Below are positions 1 to 8,690 of a stretch of DNA of 64,000 nt, in pieces. The notes beneath the pieces were generated by a model. The model was not told the origin of the DNA and ran no database searches. It saw nothing but the letters and a program-made list of their open reading frames with translations. This stretch comes from an uncultured virus (IMG/VR IMGVR_UViG_2855689977_000003). Taxonomy: Duplodnaviria > Heunggongvirae > Uroviricota > Caudoviricetes. The stretch lies in the IMG/VR virus record IMGVR_UViG_2855689977_000003. One strand, given 5' to 3'. The translations under genes and the position numbers were made by a program. Position 1 is the stretch's first letter. Each line of letters opens with the position of its first letter.

Positions 1-1485
1 TCAGCTCTGAGGCGGTTGGGTTGCGCTCTTGGGTTGCAGTAGCGCCGCCAGGTTGCCGTCCATCAGCGCGGAGACGGCCCGGTCCATGGCCTCCCGCTGC
101 GTCTTCTTCGCCACGTCGACGTAGATCCGAGTGGTCTTGATGTCGGTGTGGCCGAGGACCTCCTGGACCACGCTGATGTCGGCGCCGCTCGCCACGAGCA
201 TGGTGCCGGCCGTGTGCCGGGCCGCGTGGAGCTTCGCGTCGTCGACGCCCGCGCGGCGGAGCAGCTCCTCCCACGCCTTGTGATCCTGCCCCGCGTCGAT
301 CGGCCTCCCCCATGGCGTGGTGAACACGAGCTCCTTCGGCGTCCACTTCAGCCCGAGGAGCTCGAACTCCTGCTGCTGCTTCTCCCGCCGCCTGCGGAGC
401 AGCTCGACGAGCACGGCTGGCAGGGCGACCGGGCGGACGGATTCCTCGGTCTTCAGGTCCACCTCCTGGAGCCCGCCACCGACGCGCTGAGGGCACCGGC
501 GGGCGTGCTCGATGCAGCCGGGCGGGCACAGCGGCGGGCAGGCCCGGGTGTGGCGGTTGCAGCCGTCCCCTGGGCGCCGGTGGGGGCAGAGGTGCGGCCG
601 CGCGCGGCACGCTGCCGGGTCCTTGCAGCCGTGTACCCACGGCGGCCGGCACGGCTCGACCCGATGCTTCCCCTCGGTGCACTTCACCGGGTCGTCGCAG
701 CCGTGCTGCCACGCCCGCCGCTGGAGCTGGGTCTCCAGCTCGAAGTACGGTTCCTCGCCCGCTGGCGGGTCGAGGTGTACTCGGGGCCACCGCAGCCCGA
801 GCGTCTCGCCCTGCCGCGGCCCGGCGAGCAGGCCGAGAAGCCACCGCGCAGCCATGTCGTCGTTCAGCGCCATCTTGATGACGGCCTCCGTCTCGGCGAT
901 GGTCAGCGCGGCGACCTTCCGCCGGCGGTAGCTGGGCGGCTCGATCAGGCTAGCCACGTTCCTCGACGCCTTGCCCCGCCGAACGGCCGCTTTGAAGGCC
1001 ACGCTGAGCATCCGGTGGGTCTTGTGGATCGTGCCCTGCGACACCGTCGGCGCCCGGTCCGCGCCGCGGCTGCCGCGCACGATCTTTGTGGCGGCCATCG
1101 CCGTGTACATCGCTTCGAGGTGTTCCGGCTCCAGGCGGCGGCGGGTTCCGTCGAGCTTCCACCCGCCGATGTGCGGGATGACGTAGTTGTTGATCAGCCC
1201 TCGGTAGGCGGTGTAGGTGCCGTAGGCGCGACGCGGCTTGATCACATGCTCCAGCCAGTGCGTCATCCACTGCTCGACGGTCTCGATCTTCTGCGGCACG
1301 CCGTGCCCGCGCTTCGTCCGGTCGAGGAGTTCGTCGACCTTCGCGGCCACCTCGGTGGCGGTCCGGCCCTTGCGGTGCTTGCGGTCCGGCTTGCCGTTCG
1401 GCTTGGTGCCGATGGTCACCCAGCAGTGGTACAGCCCGTCGCTGCCCAGGTAGATCGCGGGCCGGCGGTTGGGCTGTCGGGGCAT
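1..1485 (-). CDS. int: Tyrosine integrase with Cys/His-rich insertion
   Basis: GPRQGE (R), LHAARH (HxxR), LGH and RIY (Y) catalytic motifs; N-terminal arm-binding region. Confidence 0.95.
   Translation of the reverse strand: MPRQPNRRPAIYLGSDGLYHCWVTIGTKPNGKPDRKHRKGRTATEVAAKVDELLDRTKRGHGVPQKIETVEQWMTHWLEHVIKPRRAYGTYTAYRGLINNYVIPHIGGWKLDGTRRRLEPEHLEAMYTAMAATKIVRGSRGADRAPTVSQGTIHKTHRMLSVAFKAAVRRGKASRNVASLIEPPSYRRRKVAALTIAETEAVIKMALNDDMAARWLLGLLAGPRQGETLGLRWPRVHLDPPAGEEPYFELETQLQRRAWQHGCDDPVKCTEGKHRVEPCRPPWVHGCKDPAACRARPHLCPHRRPGDGCNRHTRACPPLCPPGCIEHARRCPQRVGGGLQEVDLKTEESVRPVALPAVLVELLRRRREKQQQEFELLGLKWTPKELVFTTPWGRPIDAGQDHKAWEELLRRAGVDDAKLHAARHTAGTMLVASGADISVVQEVLGHTDIKTTRIYVDVAKKTQREAMDRAVSALMDGNLAALLQPKSATQPPQS
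18..40 (+). promoter_or_regulatory. Putative integrase arm-type sites (left)
   Basis: GGGTTGCGCT (18-27) and GGGTTGCAGT (31-40), 13-bp period; the same pair recurs at 40881-40903. Confidence 0.6.
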
Positions 1486-1492
1486 GGGCGCA

Positions 1493-2026
1493 TCACTCCT
1501 TGGCGAGGTGCCTCAACGTCGCGCGGATGATCGTCTTCTGCTCGGTAGGCACGTTGGGGTCAGTGAGCTTCCGCATGATCGCGCGGATGTCCGGGTCGAC
1601 GGTCGGGTCCGGGGCGGTCGGCTGCCGGGAGTCGTCCCAGCCGAGGATCTGCCCGGCGGTGGTCACGGGGATGCCGAGGCCTCTGCAGAACGCCTGGACC
1701 TGCCGGCGCTGGGGTGACTCGACCTCGGCGCGGCGCCAACGGTAGATGGTGGAGCGGCCTACCTTGGCGTCCGGGTCGGCTTCCTTGATGGCCGCCTCGA
1801 CGTCCTCAATGGACATCCCCCGCTCGCGGGCGCTTGCCAGCTCACGCCGGATGAACTGCGCGAATAGGCGGACCCGTGGGTCGTTGCTGGGCTGCGGCGG
1901 CGGCACGCCCCCACCATAGGTGCCGGATTCGGTACCCGTTTGCCGAGCGTGGCTCGATTGCCATTCCCGGCTCCGGCGGGCGACACGTGTCTGTGGGGTG
2001 AAGACACGCTCGTCTATGACCGTCAT
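1493..2026 (-). CDS. XRE-family immunity repressor (long form from ATG 2026, short form from GTG 1906)
   Basis: HTH 'MSIEDVEAA..VGRSTIYRWRRAEVESPQ'; upstream of int and divergent from xis; homologous to 42643-43209. Confidence 0.85.
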   Translation of the reverse strand: MTVIDERVFTPQTRVARRSREWQSSHARQTGTESGTYGGGVPPPQPSNDPRVRLFAQFIRRELASARERGMSIEDVEAAIKEADPDAKVGRSTIYRWRRAEVESPQRRQVQAFCRGLGIPVTTAGQILGWDDSRQPTAPDPTVDPDIRAIMRKLTDPNVPTEQKTIIRATLRHLAKE

Positions 2027-2100
2027 GGCCACAGCGTAGGGCTATGAGCGCCGCCAGAGAGTGTCCGAAAGTACTAGCGTTGCCATAGTTGGCAATAGCG
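1940..2100. promoter_or_regulatory. Genetic switch with candidate operators TTGCCA-N4-TGGCAA
   Basis: Palindrome at 2080-2095; degenerate copies at 1940-1955 and 1958-1973; -10 boxes at 2033-2038 (-) and 2113-2118 (+). Confidence 0.6.
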
Positions 2101-2125
2101 CAACATGCCTGCTAACTTCAGTGCC

Positions 2126-2410
2126 ATGAACGGCAATCAGGGAGCCGAGGGCGGCACCAGACCGCAACTCGTCATCCAGACCCCACCCCGTGTGCTGCGC
2201 CTCCCGGCCGCCGGCCAGTTCCTCGGCGGCATCAATCGGCAGACCGTCGCTCGGCTGATCCGTGAGGGCGAGCTGGAGGCGGTCTACATCGGTGGCACCC
2301 GCATGGTCTGCCGCCTGTCCTGCGAGGCGTACGTCGAGCGGCAGAAGAAGAAGGCAAAGGCCGAGGCCGCTCGGCAGGACAGCGACGCCGGCGTGCTGGC
2401 CGCTGCCTGA
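2126..2410 (+). CDS. xis: Excisionase/Cro-like HTH protein
   Basis: 'LRLPAAGQFLGGINRQTVARLIREGELEAVYIGGTRMV' is a typical excisionase HTH; leaderless after TAACTT. Confidence 0.8.
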   Translation: MNGNQGAEGGTRPQLVIQTPPRVLRLPAAGQFLGGINRQTVARLIREGELEAVYIGGTRMVCRLSCEAYVERQKKKAKAEAARQDSDAGVLAAA

Positions 2411-2418
2411 ACGAACGA

Positions 2419-2440
2419 AGCCCCCGCTGACACGGGGGCT
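2419..2440 (+). terminator. Hairpin after xis
   Basis: AGCCCCCG-ctgaca-CGGGGGCT. Confidence 0.5.
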
Positions 2441-2477
2441 CCCACCCGGACACCCCAGCCCTAACCAAGGAGTCCAG

Positions 2478-2724
2478 ATGCACACGCAGCCTACCGTCCA
2501 GGCCGACGCGGAGCAGCCGCGCGACTGGCATTTCACCTTCGGTGGCCGCCGCGACCCGGGAGGTCACGAGCGGCAGCTTCAAGTACGAGGCGTGCTGCCG
2601 GATCGGGGCGCTGGAGGTGGAGGCGTTTACCCACGCCCCGGCGCCGGAGGACCCGGAGAAGGCGGCGATGCGCGCCCGGCTCGCCGAGCTGGAGGCGCAG
2701 CTCGCCGAAGGCGGCCCGAAGTGA
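2478..2724 (+). pseudogene. Probable out-of-frame fusion of two gene remnants
   Basis: Strong RBS and ATG give MHTQ..WHFTFG, then the GC3-rich coding frame shifts +1 near 2542. Confidence 0.45.
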
Positions 2725-3038
2725 CCCCGACCTGGCCGGCCGTCGCTGACATCCCCGAGCTGACCCCGCAGCTCCCGCCCACCGGCGACGCCTTCCCGGT
2801 GCGCCGCGACCCGGCCCTCGGCCCCGAGGCGACCACGGAGCAGCTCCTCCAGGAGTCCCAGCTGATCACCCTCGGCATCGACCCCCTCTGCGGGCACCTG
2901 CCCGGCCATTGGTGCGACGACGAGTGCGCCTACTGGCGGGGCGTCGTCCTGGGCGAGTACGACGCCCCGGAGGGCATGGAGGCGGTCGTGGAGCAGGTCC
3001 GCGCCAGGTACGCCGCAACCCGGGGGGCAGCCGCGTGA
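2721..3038 (+). CDS. Hypothetical phage protein
   Basis: GTGA-coupled to both neighbours; GC3-rich. Confidence 0.6.
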   Translation: MTPTWPAVADIPELTPQLPPTGDAFPVRRDPALGPEATTEQLLQESQLITLGIDPLCGHLPGHWCDDECAYWRGVVLGEYDAPEGMEAVVEQVRARYAATRGAAA

Positions 3039-3310
3039 GCCGCGCCGAGACGTACCTCCTCGCCATCGCGTTCGTGCTCTTCGCCGCCCTCGTGATCGTG
3101 ATCGCGCTCGGCCGGATCGACGCCCGCGCCATCACCCGGCTCACCGAGGACAAGGCCGCCCTCCACCGGCAGGTCCGCCACTACCGGGAGCGCAACGCGG
3201 AGCTTCGCGACGCGCTCGACGCCCAGGCCGCCGGCGAGCCGTCCCTCACCGAGGCGGTCACCGCCACCATCGCCGACCTACCGCTGACCTACCCGGGAGA
3301 CCCCCGATGA
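3035..3310 (+). CDS. Small membrane protein with coiled coil
   Basis: TM 'YLLAIAFVLFAALVIVIALG'; coupled start. Confidence 0.65.
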   Translation: MSRAETYLLAIAFVLFAALVIVIALGRIDARAITRLTEDKAALHRQVRHYRERNAELRDALDAQAAGEPSLTEAVTATIADLPLTYPGDPR

Positions 3311-3461
3311 CCACCGTCCGAGACCGACTCACCCACCTGCTCCACCGCGACCAGCAGCCGGAGCAGCCCGACGAGATCGAGCAGTGGATCGCCGACCTCG
3401 GCCGTGAGCCCGCGGCCGGGCTGGAGACCGACACCACCGACACGACCCAGGGAGCCGAGCA

Positions 3462-4769
3462 GTGACCGCCCTGCGTACCCGACGCCCCACCGGCCGCGTG
3501 CCGTGGCCGCTCATCCTCGTCGAGGGCGGCGAGAAGGCCGGCAAGAGCTGGGCTGCCGCCGTCCTGTCCGCCTCTGCCAAGGTCGGCCAGACCTACTGGC
3601 TGGATCTCGGCGAGGGAGCCGCTGACGAGTACGGCGCCATCCCCGGCAGCCGCTACGAGGTCATCGAGCACGACGGCTCGTGGGGGCAGATCTTTGGTGC
3701 CGTCGAGGCCGTACGCGACCTCGCCCGGCAGGCCGCCGACGCCGGACAGCCCCCCGTCGTCCTGGTCATCGACTCGATGACCGCTGAGTGGGAGCTGCTC
3801 AAGAGCCTGGCCGACCACGCCGCCAGGGAACGCTACTTCGAGAAGAAGAAGCGGCGCCTCCCGGCCGACGTGGAGCCCACGATCTCCATGGACCTGTGGA
3901 ACGAGGCCAACGGCCGGCACCGCAAGCTCATGACGCTGCTGATGACCATGCCGGGCATTGTCGTCATGACCGCCCGTGGCAAGGAGACCGCGGCGCTCGA
4001 CGCCAACGGGCGGCCGATCGAGCGGACCAAGGAATACAAGGTCGAGGGTCAGAAGACTCTCGCCTTCGATGCGAGCTGCTGGGTTCGGCTGTCCCGCGAT
4101 GCCAAGCCGATCGTCGTGGGTGCCCGGTCGGTGCACACCGGTATCCGACCCGGCGTCGACGAGCCGCAGGAGCTGCCGGCGGACTGGTCGCTGGAGTGGC
4201 TGATCTTCGAGGCGCTGCGCTGCGACCCGGGTACGGCCCACGTGCGGGACCTGACGCCGCTGGCGACCTCGGACGACTCGTTCGGCCGCGATACCGACGA
4301 GCGGCCCGTGTCGGGCCCACCGGCCAGCCGTCCCGTGTCCGGCCCGCCCGCGGCGCTGTCCGCCGCCGCCACCGGCCTGCTCGACGACCTCAAGCAAGCC
4401 ACCGACGAGACCGGCCTCCGGCGGATCTGGAAGGCCGCCGGCGACGCCGCCAAGGACAGCCGGATCAGCCCGGCCGAACTCGAGCACTTCCGCACCCAGT
4501 GGAAGGCCCGCAAGGACGAGCTCTTCCCGCCGCAGCCGAAGAACCCGGCCAACGACCCGGCTCGCCGCCGGATGTTCGCGCTGCTCGGCCAGGCCGACAT
4601 CACGGACCGGGACGAGCGCCTCGCCTACGTCAGCGACATCGCCGGCCGGGAGGTCGCTAGCACCAACGACCTGACCGATGACGAGGTCAGCCGCGTGATC
4701 GAGCGGACCGAGTCGTGCATCGCGCAGAACACCCCGCCCGCCCAGACCGAGATGGAGATGGCCGGATGA
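3462..4769 (+). CDS. AAA-family ATPase, probable recombination protein
   Basis: Walker A GGEKAGKS, Walker B VLVIDS. Confidence 0.8.
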   Translation: MTALRTRRPTGRVPWPLILVEGGEKAGKSWAAAVLSASAKVGQTYWLDLGEGAADEYGAIPGSRYEVIEHDGSWGQIFGAVEAVRDLARQAADAGQPPVVLVIDSMTAEWELLKSLADHAARERYFEKKKRRLPADVEPTISMDLWNEANGRHRKLMTLLMTMPGIVVMTARGKETAALDANGRPIERTKEYKVEGQKTLAFDASCWVRLSRDAKPIVVGARSVHTGIRPGVDEPQELPADWSLEWLIFEALRCDPGTAHVRDLTPLATSDDSFGRDTDERPVSGPPASRPVSGPPAALSAAATGLLDDLKQATDETGLRRIWKAAGDAAKDSRISPAELEHFRTQWKARKDELFPPQPKNPANDPARRRMFALLGQADITDRDERLAYVSDIAGREVASTNDLTDDEVSRVIERTESCIAQNTPPAQTEMEMAG

Positions 4770-6484
4770 GCCACACCCCGACCCCGGAGCAGGACGCGAT
4801 CGTTGAGGGCGGCCTGACCGGCGACGACATCACCATCGAGGCCGGCGCCGGTACCGGCAAGACCAGCACCCTCAAGCTGTTCGCCCGGGCCGCTGGCCGC
4901 AAGCGCGGTGCGTACCTCGCCTACAACAAGTCGATCGCCACCGACGCGGCCAAGGAGTTCCCCTCCACCGTCGTCTGCAAGACCGCGCACTCCTTTGCCT
5001 ACGGCGCGGTCGGCCGCCAATACGCGCATCGCCTCAACGGGCCCCGGGTGCCCGCACGGCAGGCCGCCATCATCCTCGGCCTCAACGAGCCGGTGAAGGT
5101 CGGCGAGACGATGCTCGCGCCGCAGCAGCTCGCCCGCTTGGTCGCCGAGACCATCCAGCGGTTCTGCTACAGCGACGACCGGCAGATCCAGCGAATGAAC
5201 GTGCCGCTGGTCAACGGCCTCGACAAGGCCGGCCAGGCGGAGCTCGCCAAGTACCTCGTCCCGATCGCCCAGAAGGCGTGGGACGACGACCTCACCCAGC
5301 TCAACGGGCAGCTCCGGTACACGCACGACTGCTACCTCAAGCAGTGGATCCTCACCGACCCGGTAATCCACGCCGACTACGTCCTCCTCGACGAGGCGCA
5401 GGACTCCAACCCCGCGGTCGCCGGGCTCGTCTCCCGTCAGCCCGCCCAGCGGATCCTCGTCGGCGACCGCGCCCAGGCCATCTACGGCTGGCGCGGCGCC
5501 ACCGACGCGATGGCCAGCTTCGACGGCCGCCGCTTCCAGCTGAGCCAGTCCTTCCGCTTCGGGCCGGCAGTGGCGGCTGAGGCCAACAAGTGGCTGTCGC
5601 TGCTCGACAACACCGACCTACGGCTGACCGGCTACGAGCGGATCCAGTCCCGCGTGGAGCCCCTCGACGCCCCGGACGCCGTGCTGTGCCGGTCCAACGC
5701 CGGCGCCATCATCCGCGTCATCGACGCCCTCGGGCAGGGCCGCCGCGCCGCGCTGGTCGGCGGCGGCAACGACATCCGGCGGATGGCCGAGGCCGCCGAG
5801 CGGCTCCAGGCCGGCATCCCCACCGACCACCCCGACCTGTTCGCCTTCACCAGCTGGCGGGAGGTCCAGGAGTACGTCGAGATGGACGCGGGCGGCTCCG
5901 ACCTGCGCGTGTTCGTCCGCCTCATCGACAAGCACGGCGCCCGCGAGGTCATGCGGGTGTGCGACGCCCTGGTCGACGAGCGGTACGCCGACACCATCGT
6001 GTCGACAGCGCACAAGGCAAAGGGCCGCGAGTGGGGCCGGGTGCTGATCGCGGACGACTTCCCGGAGCCGAAGGTCAAGGAGGACGGATCGACCCGGATC
6101 GCCCGGGACGAGGTGATGTTGGCGTACGTCGCGGTGACCAGGGCTCAGCAGGTGCTCGACCGGTACGGCCTGTCCTGGGTGGACCGGTACGCCGGCGGCC
6201 CCGTGCCGGCCGCCGCGCCGGTGCCGGTGGTGGGGAAGGTGCACCCGGAGCACGCGATTCTGCCGGACGCGCCGGACCCCCTCGCGGAACTGGCCGGAAT
6301 TTCAGACGACGCCGACACGATGCCGCTCGTGGAGCACCCTGCCGACGTCATCGCCGAGGAGCTGACCGGCCCCACCCCGGCGCCCGGTGCGGGCTGCACG
6401 GGAGGGCGGCCGTGCTTCCTGTGCGACCCGGCGGTCCGCGCCACCTGGCCGGCACCGGTGACCGCCGGAGCGAGCCGTGGCTGA
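4766..6484 (+). CDS. UvrD/Rep-like SF1 helicase
   Basis: PTPEQ, AGAGTGKT, LLDEAQD, VGDRAQAIYGWRGA, STAHKAKGREW and YVAVTRA motifs. Confidence 0.92.
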   Translation: MSHTPTPEQDAIVEGGLTGDDITIEAGAGTGKTSTLKLFARAAGRKRGAYLAYNKSIATDAAKEFPSTVVCKTAHSFAYGAVGRQYAHRLNGPRVPARQAAIILGLNEPVKVGETMLAPQQLARLVAETIQRFCYSDDRQIQRMNVPLVNGLDKAGQAELAKYLVPIAQKAWDDDLTQLNGQLRYTHDCYLKQWILTDPVIHADYVLLDEAQDSNPAVAGLVSRQPAQRILVGDRAQAIYGWRGATDAMASFDGRRFQLSQSFRFGPAVAAEANKWLSLLDNTDLRLTGYERIQSRVEPLDAPDAVLCRSNAGAIIRVIDALGQGRRAALVGGGNDIRRMAEAAERLQAGIPTDHPDLFAFTSWREVQEYVEMDAGGSDLRVFVRLIDKHGAREVMRVCDALVDERYADTIVSTAHKAKGREWGRVLIADDFPEPKVKEDGSTRIARDEVMLAYVAVTRAQQVLDRYGLSWVDRYAGGPVPAAAPVPVVGKVHPEHAILPDAPDPLAELAGISDDADTMPLVEHPADVIAEELTGPTPAPGAGCTGGRPCFLCDPAVRATWPAPVTAGASRG

Positions 6485-7630
6485 CGTCATCCAGTTCCCC
6501 GGGGCCGGCACGGTGCCGGCCCTGGGGCCCCGGGCGGTCCCCGCCGACCTGGACGGCATGGGGGAGCGGTACATCGCGTACTGCGAGGCCCGCGACAGCG
6601 GCCGGGAGGACGAGGCCAACAAGCTGGCCCGCGCCGTCGCCGACGACGTGCCGGCCTGGCTGGGCGAGGTCGCCCGCGTCGAGGCACTCCGCCAGGAGCT
6701 GGCGGCCGAGGTGAACCGGCTGAAGGGCGGCGCGTGATGGCCGCTCGACGAACCCTGAACAACTTCGGCCGGCAGCGGGCCGCCGTGCCGACCGTCATCG
6801 GCCGCTGCAAGGTCTACGGCGACCCCATCCGCACCGGCGACGACACCGTCTGGCTGGCCGAGCCGGTGGGCCTGTCCCACCGGGAATGCAAGCAGCGTGC
6901 CGACGCCGCGGCCGTGCTCGAGGACGGGGCTCCGTGATGGCCACGCCGACCTGCCTCGACACCATCTGCACTTGCGGCTGCGCCAAGGCCTGCCATCGGG
7001 CCGCACTGCGATGGGGCCAGAAGACCTGGGAGAAGTGCCGTCACTGCGACGACTGCCAGGAGTTCACTTCAGGGCCGGCCCGCCGGCGGCCGCCGGAGCC
7101 CGAGGTGCTGGACCGGCAGGAACGATGGGCGTGCCGGGCCTGCGGCGCCCGCTACGGCAAGCCGTACGGCGACCACGAGTGCGGGCCGCTGACCCCCGTC
7201 ACGGTCACCATCGCGGTCCGGACGCCGGAGGTGGCCCGGTGAGCCGCCGCCAGCGCCGCCGCCCGGGGCGTACCCATCCGTACACCCCGTCCGGGGTGAT
7301 CCCCGCCGACCACAACGGGCTGAAGCCGTGCATCTGCGGCCGGGCCAAGGCCAACGCCGTGCACGACCAGCGGGTGTCCGCCGAGGTGGAAGCCGCCCAG
7401 GCCGAACACCTCCGCCGGATCGGAGACGACCTGTGATCGGCCAGTGGATCGGCGCGAGCATCCTCCTCGGCCGCCCCGTGCCCGCCGACAGGCCGTACCC
7501 GCACATCTGCGGGTCGGTGATGGCCGCCGGGCTGATGACGGGCCGGCCGGTCCGGGTCGGCCACCGGGACTGTGCGGCGTGCGCCCAGATCGCCGCCGCG
7601 GCCAACGTGCGCATGGGAGACGACCGGTGA
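6477..7630 (+). other. Run of about five small coupled hypothetical genes, several Cys-rich
   Basis: ORFs at 6477-6737, 6734-6937, 6934-7242, about 7239-7436 and about 7433-7630 with overlapping stop/start codons. Confidence 0.55.
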
Positions 7631-8070
7631 ACGACTGCCCCGCCCGCCACCACGGCACCTGGTACGCCTACCTCCGCCTCGGCTGCACCCACCCGGAGGC
7701 CCGAGATGCCTACCTGGCGCACAAGCGGCGAGAGAACCGCCGCCGCCCATACATCCGTGGCCGGATGAGCAACCGCGGTTCTCGCCGCGGCCCGGTCGAC
7801 CCGATGGCCGTCGATCGGGCTGTTGGGGGTGACCGGGCGCTGCGGCTGACCGTCGACGAGCGCCAGGCCGCCATCGACGTCCTCGACGCACAGGGCCTGT
7901 CCGCCAACGCGATCGCCATCCGCCTCGGCATCAGCGCCCGCACCGTCCATCGTCGGCGCTCCGCCCGCGCCCGCCAGATGGAGGCCGGCCTGCTGATCGA
8001 GCGCTTTGGGCCGCTCGACGACATCGAGAACGAGTCTTCCCACCGGACCGAGGAGGCCCGAGCCGCATGA
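7627..8070 (+). CDS. HTH DNA-binding protein
   Basis: 'GLSANAIAIRLGISARTVHRRR'; N-terminal HGT..Y..GC motif shared with 53895-54584. Confidence 0.7.
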   Translation: MNDCPARHHGTWYAYLRLGCTHPEARDAYLAHKRRENRRRPYIRGRMSNRGSRRGPVDPMAVDRAVGGDRALRLTVDERQAAIDVLDAQGLSANAIAIRLGISARTVHRRRSARARQMEAGLLIERFGPLDDIENESSHRTEEARAA

Positions 8071-8606
8071 CCACCACGACCCTGCCCCGCCTGCCCCGCG
8101 AACTGTTGGCATCGCTGACCGTCGCCGTACCCGTCCGCAAGAACCACCCCAGATTCACCGCGCATCGCGTTGAGCGGGTCTACAACGGGGAACGCACCGC
8201 TGGCCAGCTCCGGTGGGAGCAGAACAAGGGCGGCGTCCTGATCGTCCCTGCCTGCCTGCCGAAGGGCCAGGTGCCGGACGTTCCGCACCACGAGCTGTCC
8301 GGGCCGATGGCCGACCACGTCGGTGCGGTGGCGTGCACCAAGCCGGCCTGCTTCCCCGGCGCCGCCGCTCCCGGCCCCAACCCGATGGGGGCGGAGCAGC
8401 CCGTCACCGTGCCGCCCGGCGGGCCGACCGCCGAGGAGACGGTGTGGATCGCCGCCGCACGGCGCGAGATCGAGGCGCACCGGATCGACGAGCCCCTGAC
8501 GGGGTGCGGCCGGTCCACTCGCACCGGCCAGCGGCTCGCCGCAGGGCAGGCCTGGGGGCTCCATGAGGCGCGCTGGTGCCGCCGTTGCTGGCCCTCCAAG
8601 GCCTGA
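8067..8606 (+). CDS. Hypothetical protein
   Basis: ATGA-coupled ORF with C-terminal CxxC. Confidence 0.55.
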   Translation: MTTTTLPRLPRELLASLTVAVPVRKNHPRFTAHRVERVYNGERTAGQLRWEQNKGGVLIVPACLPKGQVPDVPHHELSGPMADHVGAVACTKPACFPGAAAPGPNPMGAEQPVTVPPGGPTAEETVWIAAARREIEAHRIDEPLTGCGRSTRTGQRLAAGQAWGLHEARWCRRCWPSKA

Positions 8607-8690
8607 CCGGGCTGGCCGGGCCCCTCTTCCCCGAGGCCCGGCCAGCCACCCCAGCACCACAACCCCAGCCAGCAGATCAGGAGCCACCGG

